DNA of 64,000 bases from a bacterium (GTDB lineage: Bacteria; Sysuimicrobiota; Sysuimicrobiia; Sysuimicrobiales; Segetimicrobiaceae). The stretch covers positions 400-64,399 of the forward strand of contig DASPUZ010000186.1 of NCBI GenBank assembly GCA_035622635.1, in the 5' to 3' direction. Below the pieces are notes generated by a model. That model ran no database searches. It was not told the origin of the DNA and worked only from the letters and a program-made list of their open reading frames with translations. Both the position numbers and the translations under genes were made by a program. This document shows positions 56,958 through 64,000 of this stretch, in pieces. Positions within the stretch are counted from its first letter, which is position 1, and every line of letters begins with the position of its first letter.

Positions 56958-58447
56958 GCTCCCAGCTCCCTGCGGCCGTTACGGAGCCACTCCCGCGCGA
57001 CCTCACGGTCGTCGAACGCGACCGTGCGATCGCGCAGGATCTGGTACGGTTCGTGTCCCTTCCCCGCGATGACGACGACGTCGCCGGGACGCGCGAGCGC
57101 CAGCGCCCGTCCGATCGCCCGGCGCCGGTCCGGCTCGCTCTCGAAATTGCGGCTCCCGGGGACACCGGCCTCCATGTCACGAAGGATCGCCACCGGGTCT
57201 TCGCTGCGCGGGTTATCGGAGGTGAAGACCGCGTAGTCGGCGAGCGTGGTCCCGATGCGCGCCATCAGTGGGCGCTTCGTCCGGTCGCGGTCGCCTCCGC
57301 ATCCGAACACGGCGAGGCAGCGCCCCGGGGCCACCTCGCGGGCGAGCTCCAAGACCTTCTCGAGCCCATCCGGCGTGTGGGCGTAGTCCACGATCACCGT
57401 GAACGGCTGGCCTTCGTCCACTATCTCGCACCGTCCGGGCACGCCGCTCGCGGTCTCCAGAGCCTCGCGCACAACCTCGGGCGCAATCCCGCGCGCCAGG
57501 GCCACCGTTGCGGCGGCGAGAGCGTTGGCTACGTTGAACCGGCCCGGGAGCGGGAGCTCAACCGGTATGCGTCCGCCGGGCCACGCGATCGACAACCGGG
57601 TCCCGTGCGGCCCGAACTCAGGCCGTTCGGCGGTCACGTCAGCGGGGCGCTCGATCCCGTACGTCCACACGGGCGCACGGCTGCTCCTCATCATCACGGC
57701 ACCGGCCTCGTCGTCGGCGTTGACGACGCTCACCCCGTCGGGAACGACCATCTCGAACAAGCGCGCCTTGGCGTCGCGGTAGCCGGCAAAGTCTTGGTGA
57801 AAATCAAGATGGTCCTGGGTCAGGTTGGTGAACACGGCCGCACTGAACCGGCACCCTTCGACGCGGTGGAGCACGAGCGCGTGGGAGGTCACCTCCACGA
57901 TGACGTCGCGGGCCCCGGCGGCCCGCATGTCGGCGAGCAGGCGCTGAAGAACCGGCGCCTCCGGAGTCGTCGGGGTGCTGGAGTGGAGCTCCATCTGGGC
58001 TCCGAGCAGCCGCGCACCGAGGGTGCCCACGAGGCCGACGCGGTGGCCGGCGCGCGCAAGAATATCCTCCAGCAGGTACGTCGTCGTGGTCTTGCCGTTC
58101 GTCCCGGTCACGCCGCATACCCAGAGGTGCGCCGACGGAGCACTGTGGAACGCCGCGGCGACCTGGCCGAGTGCCAGTCGCGTGTCGGATACCACGACCT
58201 GAGTCGCCCCAAGGCCCGGGAACGGATGGTCGACGAGCACGGCGACCGCGCCCTGCCGGACCGCGTCCGCGACGTACTCGTGACCGTCGTGCGAGAGTCC
58301 GCGGATCGCGGCGAAGAGGTCGCCCGACCGCACCTGTGCGGAATGAACGGCGAGTCCCGTAATGTCCCGATTCCGGGCGCCCAGCACCACCGGACCGTCT
58401 CCGCAAGGAGACGCCGGGAGCGCCGCCAGGAGGTCTGCCAGATTCAT
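56954..58447 (-). CDS. murE: UDP-N-acetylmuramoyl-L-alanyl-D-glutamate--2,6-diaminopimelate ligase
   Basis: GVTGTNGKTTTTY, DYAHTPD and the DNPR motif (TSDNPRSEDP) characteristic of meso-DAP-adding MurE. The ATG at 58447 is preceded by GAGGAGGAG. Confidence 0.93.
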   Translation of the reverse strand: MNLADLLAALPASPCGDGPVVLGARNRDITGLAVHSAQVRSGDLFAAIRGLSHDGHEYVADAVRQGAVAVLVDHPFPGLGATQVVVSDTRLALGQVAAAFHSAPSAHLWVCGVTGTNGKTTTTYLLEDILARAGHRVGLVGTLGARLLGAQMELHSSTPTTPEAPVLQRLLADMRAAGARDVIVEVTSHALVLHRVEGCRFSAAVFTNLTQDHLDFHQDFAGYRDAKARLFEMVVPDGVSVVNADDEAGAVMMRSSRAPVWTYGIERPADVTAERPEFGPHGTRLSIAWPGGRIPVELPLPGRFNVANALAAATVALARGIAPEVVREALETASGVPGRCEIVDEGQPFTVIVDYAHTPDGLEKVLELAREVAPGRCLAVFGCGGDRDRTKRPLMARIGTTLADYAVFTSDNPRSEDPVAILRDMEAGVPGSRNFESEPDRRRAIGRALALARPGDVVVIAGKGHEPYQILRDRTVAFDDREVAREWLRNGRRELGA

Positions 58448-58579
58448 CCTTGCTCCTCCTCGCACAAAGCCGGCTCCGGCGGAGGCCAGCCTCGGCTGCC
58501 CAATCCCACTATAGCAAGACCGCGCCCACACCGATAGGCGAGTGCCGCCGACTCGCAAGACGGCCTTCACGCAACACCC

Positions 58580-60376
58580 TCAGCGACCGGAACCGGCCTC
58601 CGGGGTTCCGGCCGCGTTTGGCGCTTGCGCCGTCTCTGACGCGGCGACGGGAGACGCTGGCGGGACACGCAGGTACCAGAGCGCCTGCCGTGCGATCTCT
58701 CGGAACACTGGCGCCGCCACGTCACCGCCGTAGTATACCCCATGCGGACGATTCACCACCACGAGAATCGCGAGCACGGGGTTGTCCGCGGGGACGACCC
58801 CGACGAACGAGGCCACGTACGCACCGGGCTTGTAACCGCCGGCCGGGTCCGGCGCTTGCGCCGTGCCCGTCTTGCCGGCTACGGTGTACCCGGGGATCTG
58901 CGCCTTGACGCCCGTGCCGCCGACGACGACCTGCCGCATCATCGCCAGGACCTGGCCTGCGACACCCGGAGAGATCACGCGGTGAGGCGCCGCGTCGTCC
59001 GGAGTGGCGACGACGTGGCCCGCCCCGTCGCGAATCACCGCGACCAAGTGGGGCCGCACCTCCATTCCCCCGGTTGCCAACGACGACGCTGCGACGAGAA
59101 GTTGGATGGCGGTGACCGAGATGCCCTGCCCGAACCCGATGTTCTGGAGCGTCGGCCCCAGCCATTCCCGCAGAGGCCGGATGATCCCGGATGCTTCGCC
59201 CGGGAGATCGATCCCTGTGGCGCGTCCAAATCCAAACTGTCGAATGTACGCGTCGAACGTCGCCTTGCCGACCCGCGTCGCCACCTGGGCCGCCCCGACA
59301 TTGCTCGAGTACTTGACGATGTCCCCGAGGCTCAGCGCGTCGAAGTGCTCCGACCGTTCCGCATCATGGATCGTGGCCCCGTTGATGCGTATCTGTCCTG
59401 GATCTCGAAATCGATCGTCCGGTGAGATCGCGTGGCTCGCCACAGCCGCGGCGGCGAGCACCAGCTTGAATGTCGAGCCGGGCTCGTACACATCGGCGAC
59501 GGCGCGGTTCTTCCACAGCGCCGCCGGCGCCGTCTGGTAGTGACCGGGATCAAACGATGGGAGCGCGACCAGGGCTAGGATCGCCCCGGTCTGTGGGTTC
59601 ATGACGATGGCGACCCCGTCACTGGCACCGACCTGGTCGATCTCCCGCTGCAGCTCACGCTCGGCCACGTGCTGGATCACCTCATCCACGGTGAGCACGA
59701 GCGTGTCGCCGTCGCGTGGCGGCGTCACGATTCGCAGCGTTTGCACGAGCTCCCGACCGATCGCATCGCGGTCCGCGGTTCCGACCCCATCGGTCCCTCG
59801 TAGGAATCGATCATAGGTCAGCTCGAGCCCGGCGAGCCCGGCGTCGTCCACACCAACAAACCCGATCACGCTGCCCGCGAGAGTCCCGTTCGGGTATGCG
59901 CGCCTGGCCTCCGGAACGATTCCGACGGCGTTGCCGAGGTGGAGCGCCGCCAGCGCCGGTGCGACAGTGACGGGGAACCGCCGCCCAAGCCACGCGAAGT
60001 AGGGACCTCCGCTCTTGAGCCGATCGCGAACGACCTTCGTGCTCAATCCCAGCACGGGAGCGACCCGCGCGGCGAATACATCCGGATCCTCGATGGCACG
60101 CGGCACCGCGTAGACCGAGTCCGCCGCAACGTCCATCGCAAGGGGGCGTCCTATGCGATCCACGATCAGCCCACGCTGGGCGGGGATCTGCATCGACTCG
60201 AGCTGCTGGTCGAGCGCCAGGCGGCCGAGCGCAGCGCCTCGCACGACCTGAAGATCCACCATCCGTCCGATGAGCAACAGGCACGCGAGGATACAGACCA
60301 CGAAAACGAAGGTGATCCGCCGAGGGCTCACGCCATCGCGGGCCACCGGCCGGGGGCGCCCGCTCCGGCGCGTCAT
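58580..60376 (-). CDS. ftsI: division-specific class B penicillin-binding protein (FtsI/PBP2B type)
   Basis: N-terminal TM helix, a PBP dimerisation domain, transpeptidase motifs STFK (SxxK) and KTGTAQ (KTG), and no PASTA repeats. The ATG at 60376 overlaps the ftsL stop (ATGA). Confidence 0.9.
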   Translation of the reverse strand: MTRRSGRPRPVARDGVSPRRITFVFVVCILACLLLIGRMVDLQVVRGAALGRLALDQQLESMQIPAQRGLIVDRIGRPLAMDVAADSVYAVPRAIEDPDVFAARVAPVLGLSTKVVRDRLKSGGPYFAWLGRRFPVTVAPALAALHLGNAVGIVPEARRAYPNGTLAGSVIGFVGVDDAGLAGLELTYDRFLRGTDGVGTADRDAIGRELVQTLRIVTPPRDGDTLVLTVDEVIQHVAERELQREIDQVGASDGVAIVMNPQTGAILALVALPSFDPGHYQTAPAALWKNRAVADVYEPGSTFKLVLAAAAVASHAISPDDRFRDPGQIRINGATIHDAERSEHFDALSLGDIVKYSSNVGAAQVATRVGKATFDAYIRQFGFGRATGIDLPGEASGIIRPLREWLGPTLQNIGFGQGISVTAIQLLVAASSLATGGMEVRPHLVAVIRDGAGHVVATPDDAAPHRVISPGVAGQVLAMMRQVVVGGTGVKAQIPGYTVAGKTGTAQAPDPAGGYKPGAYVASFVGVVPADNPVLAILVVVNRPHGVYYGGDVAAPVFREIARQALWYLRVPPASPVAASETAQAPNAAGTPEAGSGR

Positions 60377-60837
60377 GGGGATCGCGGTGCGGCTACCGCC
60401 TCGTTTCGATGGAAGTACTCGCCAACCCGCTGCCACAGCCCCGGGGCGCGTTGGGCATCCCGGCGGAGACTCGGTGCGGGCACGGACAGGGACGCGATCT
60501 GGCCCACGTTCGGCGGCTGCAACCCGAGTCGCGTCACGGCCAGGTATTCGATCCGTTCCGGGGCCCTGAGGGAGGAAGCGATGGCTTGGAGACGCTCATG
60601 GTCGGTCTCTAGGGCGGCGATTTCCTGGTTTTCCTGGAGGATGCGGTAGCCGATGCGTGCTGCGTTTGAGACTGCTGCGACGTATGCGACGAATGGAAGC
60701 ACGATGAGTGTCGTGATCGTGAGTGTCGCGATCGTGGGATACCGTCTCCGCCGACGCCGGGTCGCCTCCCTCCCCCTCAGGCCCCAAGGCTCGGACACGA
60801 GCAGTGGGGTTAATGTCTGTGCCTGCCGAAGCGCCAT
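60373..60837 (-). CDS. ftsL: cell-division protein FtsL-like (bitopic, coiled coil)
   Basis: Arg-rich cytoplasmic N-tail, one TM helix (IATLTITTLIVLPFVAYVAAV) and a coiled coil (LQENQEIAALETDHERLQ), in the ftsL position between rsmH and ftsI. Confidence 0.7.
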   Translation of the reverse strand: MALRQAQTLTPLLVSEPWGLRGREATRRRRRRYPTIATLTITTLIVLPFVAYVAAVSNAARIGYRILQENQEIAALETDHERLQAIASSLRAPERIEYLAVTRLGLQPPNVGQIASLSVPAPSLRRDAQRAPGLWQRVGEYFHRNEAVAAPRSP

Positions 60838-60839
60838 CG

Positions 60840-61811
60840 TCAGTGAACCTCGCTCCCGCTTCCCGGCGGGCCGGCCCGCTGATCCCGTGCCGTACCCTCG
60901 CCGAGTCGCTCGGCCGCACGCAACCGGGCGCTACGTGCCCGCGGGTTGTCCCGAATCTCGAGCGGCGATGCCATGACCGGTTTCTTTGTGAGCACCCGAA
61001 GCAGCCGTTCGCCCCCGCAGCGGCACTCAGGAAGGCCCGGCGGGCACGTGCACCCACGCGAGAATCGGGTGAAAACCTGCTTCACGATCCGATCCTCGAG
61101 CGAATGGAAGGCGATCACGCATAGGCGTCCACCCGGACGCAAGCGCCGGATCGCCTGGGGTAGTCCGCGCTCGAGCGCCTCCAGTTCCCTGTTGGTCGCG
61201 ATGCGGATCGCCTGGAACGTCCGAGTGGCGGGATGCAACCTGCCGCGCGGTCCGCCCACGGCCGCCTCGACCGCCCGGGCCAGATCACGGGTGGTGGCGA
61301 GTGGCCGCTGCGCCACGATCTGCCGCGCGATCTTGCGCGACGCGCGCTCCTCGCCGTAGCGGTAGATGAGGTCGGCGAGCTCCCGCTCGGGAAGCGTGTT
61401 CACGAGGTCCGCTGCGGTGCGAGCCTGACTCTGATCCATGCGCATGTCGAGCGGCCCAGGCCGGTCGAAGCTGAACCCTCTGCCCGGCTCAAGAAGCTGC
61501 CGGGTCGAGATCCCGATGTCGAACAGAATGCCGTCAACCGTCCCCACCCCGGCCTCGTCGAGTACCGTGTCCAGGTCCTCGAAGCTCGCCTGCCGAAGCA
61601 CGACGTTGCGCCCGAACGAGCGGAGGCGCTCCTCCGCGTGCGCGATCGCGTCGGCGTCGCGGTCGAATCCGATTAACCGGCCCGCGGGCGCAATGCGGCG
61701 TAGTACCGCCTCGGCGTGTCCGCCGTCGCCGACGGTCGCGTCCACGATCAACGCCCCGGCGCGGGGCGCGAGATACGCGAGCACCTCATCCACCAGAACC
61801 GGAACGTGCAC
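60840..61811 (-). CDS. rsmH: 16S rRNA m4C1402 methyltransferase RsmH (MraW)
   Basis: HVPVLVDEV, DATVGDGGH, DIGISTRQL, DMRMD and FHSLEDRIVK. GTG start. Confidence 0.95.
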   Translation of the reverse strand: MHVPVLVDEVLAYLAPRAGALIVDATVGDGGHAEAVLRRIAPAGRLIGFDRDADAIAHAEERLRSFGRNVVLRQASFEDLDTVLDEAGVGTVDGILFDIGISTRQLLEPGRGFSFDRPGPLDMRMDQSQARTAADLVNTLPERELADLIYRYGEERASRKIARQIVAQRPLATTRDLARAVEAAVGGPRGRLHPATRTFQAIRIATNRELEALERGLPQAIRRLRPGGRLCVIAFHSLEDRIVKQVFTRFSRGCTCPPGLPECRCGGERLLRVLTKKPVMASPLEIRDNPRARSARLRAAERLGEGTARDQRAGPPGSGSEVH

Positions 61812-61880
61812 CGGTTGATGCCAAGATGCCGCGCCCGCGCCTGTCCGTCCAACCGTGACCCGCCCCTCGCTTGTCTGCCG

Positions 61881-62297
61881 TCATCCCAACACCAGCGACC
61901 CGACCTGTTGCGCGATTTCCTTGTTCTGCAGCGTTGTCTGGATCCGGCGGCGCCACTTCTGACTGCTCCAGATCTCCAAATGGTTTCCCACGCCGACGAT
62001 CGTCACGTCGCGTGCGATCGAAGCGAACTCCCGCAGTTGCGGCGTGAGCGTGATCCGCCCTTGCCGATCCAGGTCGCACGGCTCGGCCGCCGACAGCAAC
62101 CGCACGAAGTCGCGGTTGGCAAGCGGTTGGGCCCTCAGCTTCTCGTCCACAGACTGCCATACCGCGGGGGAGAACGCCGCGAGGCAAGGGTCGATCCAGC
62201 GGGTCACGATGACACGGTCCCCGATCTCCAGCCGGAACCTGGGGGGAATGACCACCCGGCCCTTGTCGTCGAGTGTGTACCGTGTCTCGCCTCGCAT
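61881..62297 (-). CDS. mraZ: transcriptional regulator MraZ
   Basis: Two SpoVT/AbrB-like repeats (LDDKGRVVIPPRFR and LDRQGRITLTPQLREF). It is the first gene of the dcw cluster, with an ATG preceded by GAGGA. Confidence 0.93.
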   Translation of the reverse strand: MRGETRYTLDDKGRVVIPPRFRLEIGDRVIVTRWIDPCLAAFSPAVWQSVDEKLRAQPLANRDFVRLLSAAEPCDLDRQGRITLTPQLREFASIARDVTIVGVGNHLEIWSSQKWRRRIQTTLQNKEIAQQVGSLVLG

Positions 62298-62316
62298 CCA
62301 TCCTCACGCCGCAGTC

Positions 62317-62382
62317 CCCACGATTCCCTATGGATCACCACCTTTCTCCACCTGTTTCCAATCTCCTGCATTCCGATCCCAC
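62317..62382 (-). promoter_or_regulatory. phased GTGG(G/A/T) direct-repeat array (candidate MraZ operator) in the mraZ leader
   Basis: Minus-strand GTGGG (62378..62382), GTGGA (62347..62351), GTGGT (62337..62341) and GTGGG (62317..62321). The spacings of 31, 10 and 20 nt are near-integral helical turns. The array lies between a weak candidate promoter (TTCCGA, 18-nt spacer, TAATTT) and the mraZ ATG. Confidence 0.45.
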
Positions 62383-62593
62383 GAAACTCAAATTAGTCGC
62401 GGTCTGCGCGCGGTCGGAAGCGGGCTGTGCAGTAATCGCACACACGTTCGCTTCTGGTATGGCCGGGTAAGGTTAACGCGAGGTAATCCGCAAGAATCTG
62501 CAAAGAGGTTCGTCGCAAGATGCCGGCGGGCGGTAACTCAGTCGGGTGCGCTGGGGCCCTCGCGATCGTGCATGCGACCAGCGCGGATGAGAC

Positions 62594-63118
62594 TCAGATG
62601 CGCCGCGTCTCTCCCATCGCGGCCTGAACGAATCCCGCTGCCCCCACGGCCATGAGGACGTCTCCCGGGCTCAGGATACCCGCGAGGCCGGCGATATGAA
62701 ACGCCACTCGATCGTCAAGAAACCCTAGTGGCGTCCACGGCGTTTCGAGCACATGCCGCGGGTCGGTCCCGGCGATGAGCGCGCCGCTGGCTGGACGCCC
62801 GGCCATCGCCAGGGCGCCCGGGGAAACCGGCATCCGCCCTTCGTTCGCGACGATCACCACGGCGTTGAGGACGGCGCCCGCGAGCACAACGACGAGCCAT
62901 GGCCGGTCCCGATTGGCCGCCAGCATCGCGACCGCCGCAAGGTATCCGGCGCCGACCAGAAGCCTCGGAGCGGGGTCGGGAAGCCACGCAAGCTGTGACG
63001 CGAAAACCAGGATCACGCCGAAGACCAGCACGGGGAACCATCGCAGGGATACGCCGGCGAGCCGATTGAACCGTCCGCCTCGGATCCATCCGGCGGCGAG
63101 ACCGACGAGCCCCGCCAC
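62594..63118 (-). CDS. small polytopic membrane protein (DUF5317-like)
   Basis: Four or five hydrophobic helices with the central motif NAVVIVANEGRMPVSP, which I associate from memory with DUF5317. No catalytic motif recognised. Confidence 0.5.
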   Translation of the reverse strand: MAGLVGLAAGWIRGGRFNRLAGVSLRWFPVLVFGVILVFASQLAWLPDPAPRLLVGAGYLAAVAMLAANRDRPWLVVVLAGAVLNAVVIVANEGRMPVSPGALAMAGRPASGALIAGTDPRHVLETPWTPLGFLDDRVAFHIAGLAGILSPGDVLMAVGAAGFVQAAMGETRRI

Positions 63119-63126
63119 GAGCAGGG

Positions 63127-63411
63127 TCAGTACAGAACCTCGCGAACGCCGCCCTTGTGCCTGACAACGACGACGTCCCCGTTCTCCTGGAGACGGCGCA
63201 GGGCATCGCTCATTGAGTCGACGCGGACGGATTGAAACGCAAAGTCACCGCGCTGGGGGATCATCTCATCGAAAGCATGTCCGCACGCGGTGCAGTAGTA
63301 CCCCCGCTCCGGTAGCAACGAGCCCTTGGCCTGAAGCCACCGAATGGTGACGTGACCGACTATCGTCTGTCTGCCACAACGCGGACACCGCATGGAGCGC
63401 TCCCGCCACAC
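63127..63411 (-). CDS. small zinc-ribbon protein (YgiT-type CxxC...CxxC finger) of unknown function
   Basis: MRCPRCGRQ...YYCTACGH gives two CxxC pairs about 33 aa apart, followed by a short C-terminal domain. The likely start is the ATG at 63393 (MRCPRCG). Coding status rests only on ORF length, position and the zinc motif. Confidence 0.45.
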   Translation of the reverse strand: MWRERSMRCPRCGRQTIVGHVTIRWLQAKGSLLPERGYYCTACGHAFDEMIPQRGDFAFQSVRVDSMSDALRRLQENGDVVVVRHKGGVREVLY

Positions 63412-63492
63412 GCCGTAGCCGTATTATAGCATCGCACCGAGCGGGAGATCTGGAAGTCGTTCCCGCCATCACCGGACATTGACCGAGATTCG

Positions 63493-64000
63493 CTATCGGC
63501 CGGTCGCCATCTTTGCCCGACGGCGCGCCGTGAGCTCGGCGGCGACACGGATCGCCTCGATCATGCTGACCGCGCTCGCCACGCCCTTGCCCGCGATGTC
63601 GAACGCGGTCCCGTGGTCCGCCGAGGTTCGTACGAACGGCAATCCCGTCGTGACGCTCACGGTCTTGTAGAAATCCGACATCTTCGCGGCGATGTGACCT
63701 TGGTCGTGATAGAGCGACAGCACCGCGTCGAATCGTCCCTCCGCGGCCAGATGGAACACGGCGTCGGCGGGAATCGGACCCACCACGTCCAGCCCGGCCG
63801 CGCGGGCATCCTGAACGCCGGGGATGATCTCCCGGATCTCTTCGTCGCCCATCTTCCCACCCTCCCCGGCATGCGGGTTGAGCGCTGCGACGGCCAGGCG
63901 CGGCGACCTGAGTCCCAGTTCCTCCAGGACCCGCGCCATCACGCCCAGAGTGTCACGGATCCGCGCGCGCGTTACCTGGGTGATCGCCTCGCGAAGGGAA
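63493..64000 (-). CDS. pdxA: 4-hydroxythreonine-4-phosphate dehydrogenase PdxA family, C-terminal part (5' end outside the window)
   Basis: LNPHAGEGG, SLYHDQG and VRTSADHGTAFDIAGKG motifs. The reading frame stays open to the right edge. Confidence 0.9.
   Translation of the reverse strand, partial: SLREAITQVTRARIRDTLGVMARVLEELGLRSPRLAVAALNPHAGEGGKMGDEEIREIIPGVQDARAAGLDVVGPIPADAVFHLAAEGRFDAVLSLYHDQGHIAAKMSDFYKTVSVTTGLPFVRTSADHGTAFDIAGKGVASAVSMIEAIRVAAELTARRRAKMATGR

Overview
GC-rich (roughly 70% by eye, not computed) bacterial core-chromosome segment. I call 59 protein-coding genes, 57 of them on the minus strand. I see no rRNA, tRNA, CRISPR array, transposase, integrase or phage-like genes.

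Read in the minus-strand direction, from high to low coordinates, the content is:
- pdxA (partial), a small zinc-ribbon ORF and a DUF5317-like membrane protein.
- A complete dcw cell-division/peptidoglycan cluster: mraZ-rsmH-ftsL-ftsI-murE-murF-mraY-murD-ftsW-murG-murC-murB-ftsQ-ftsA-ftsZ.
- An M50 protease, an ABC-2 exporter pair, nrdR-nrdJ (class II RNR), an M20 peptidase and phnD-phnE.
- pgeF(ylmD)-yggS(ylmE)-sepF, then an mtnA-like isomerase overlapping a processive GT2 synthase.
- A T-box leader and ileS, then an Asp/Glu-type racemase, a DksA/TraR zinc-finger protein, lspA, lgt, rluD and pyrR.
- rqcH, which is on the plus strand.
- yicC-remA-(CMP-kinase-like)-coaC-priA-def-fmt, a YugP-like Zn-peptidase, and rsmB-rlmN.
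- fhaA-fhaB-pstP-rodA-pbpA-pknB, then rpe, an HDAC-like deacetylase and a gamma-carbonic-anhydrase-like protein.
- A partial plus-strand beta-hydroxyacid dehydrogenase at the left edge.

The large-scale gene order resembles the Bacillus subtilis dcw / ylm-ileS-lspA-pyrR / yloA-priA-rpe region. Together with the high GC, this suggests a deep-branching high-GC Bacillota-like lineage (Limnochordia, Thermaerobacter or Symbiobacterium-like), but that is only a guess.

Cis-elements I can support from the sequence:
- An Ile T-box leader with promoter and terminator upstream of ileS.
- A promoter with two NrdR boxes upstream of nrdR-nrdJ.
- A phased GTGG(G/A/T) array upstream of mraZ.

I do not see a convincing previously undescribed system; this is mostly ordinary housekeeping DNA. 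The best leads are:
- An actinobacterial-type FHA/PP2C/SEDS/PBP/PASTA-kinase module sitting in the Firmicute rlmN...rpe slot.
- The translationally coupled mtnA-like/GT2 pair, located where ylmG-ylmH-divIVA is expected.
- An orphan phnDE pair whose PhnE carries an extra extracytoplasmic domain.
- The gmk/rpoZ slot occupied by a CMP-kinase-like gene, followed by a stand-alone coaC.

Many long ORFs in the track are GC-driven shadow ORFs or over-extended N-termini. I trimmed starts wherever start/stop overlaps, ribosome-binding sites or family-typical N-termini supported it.
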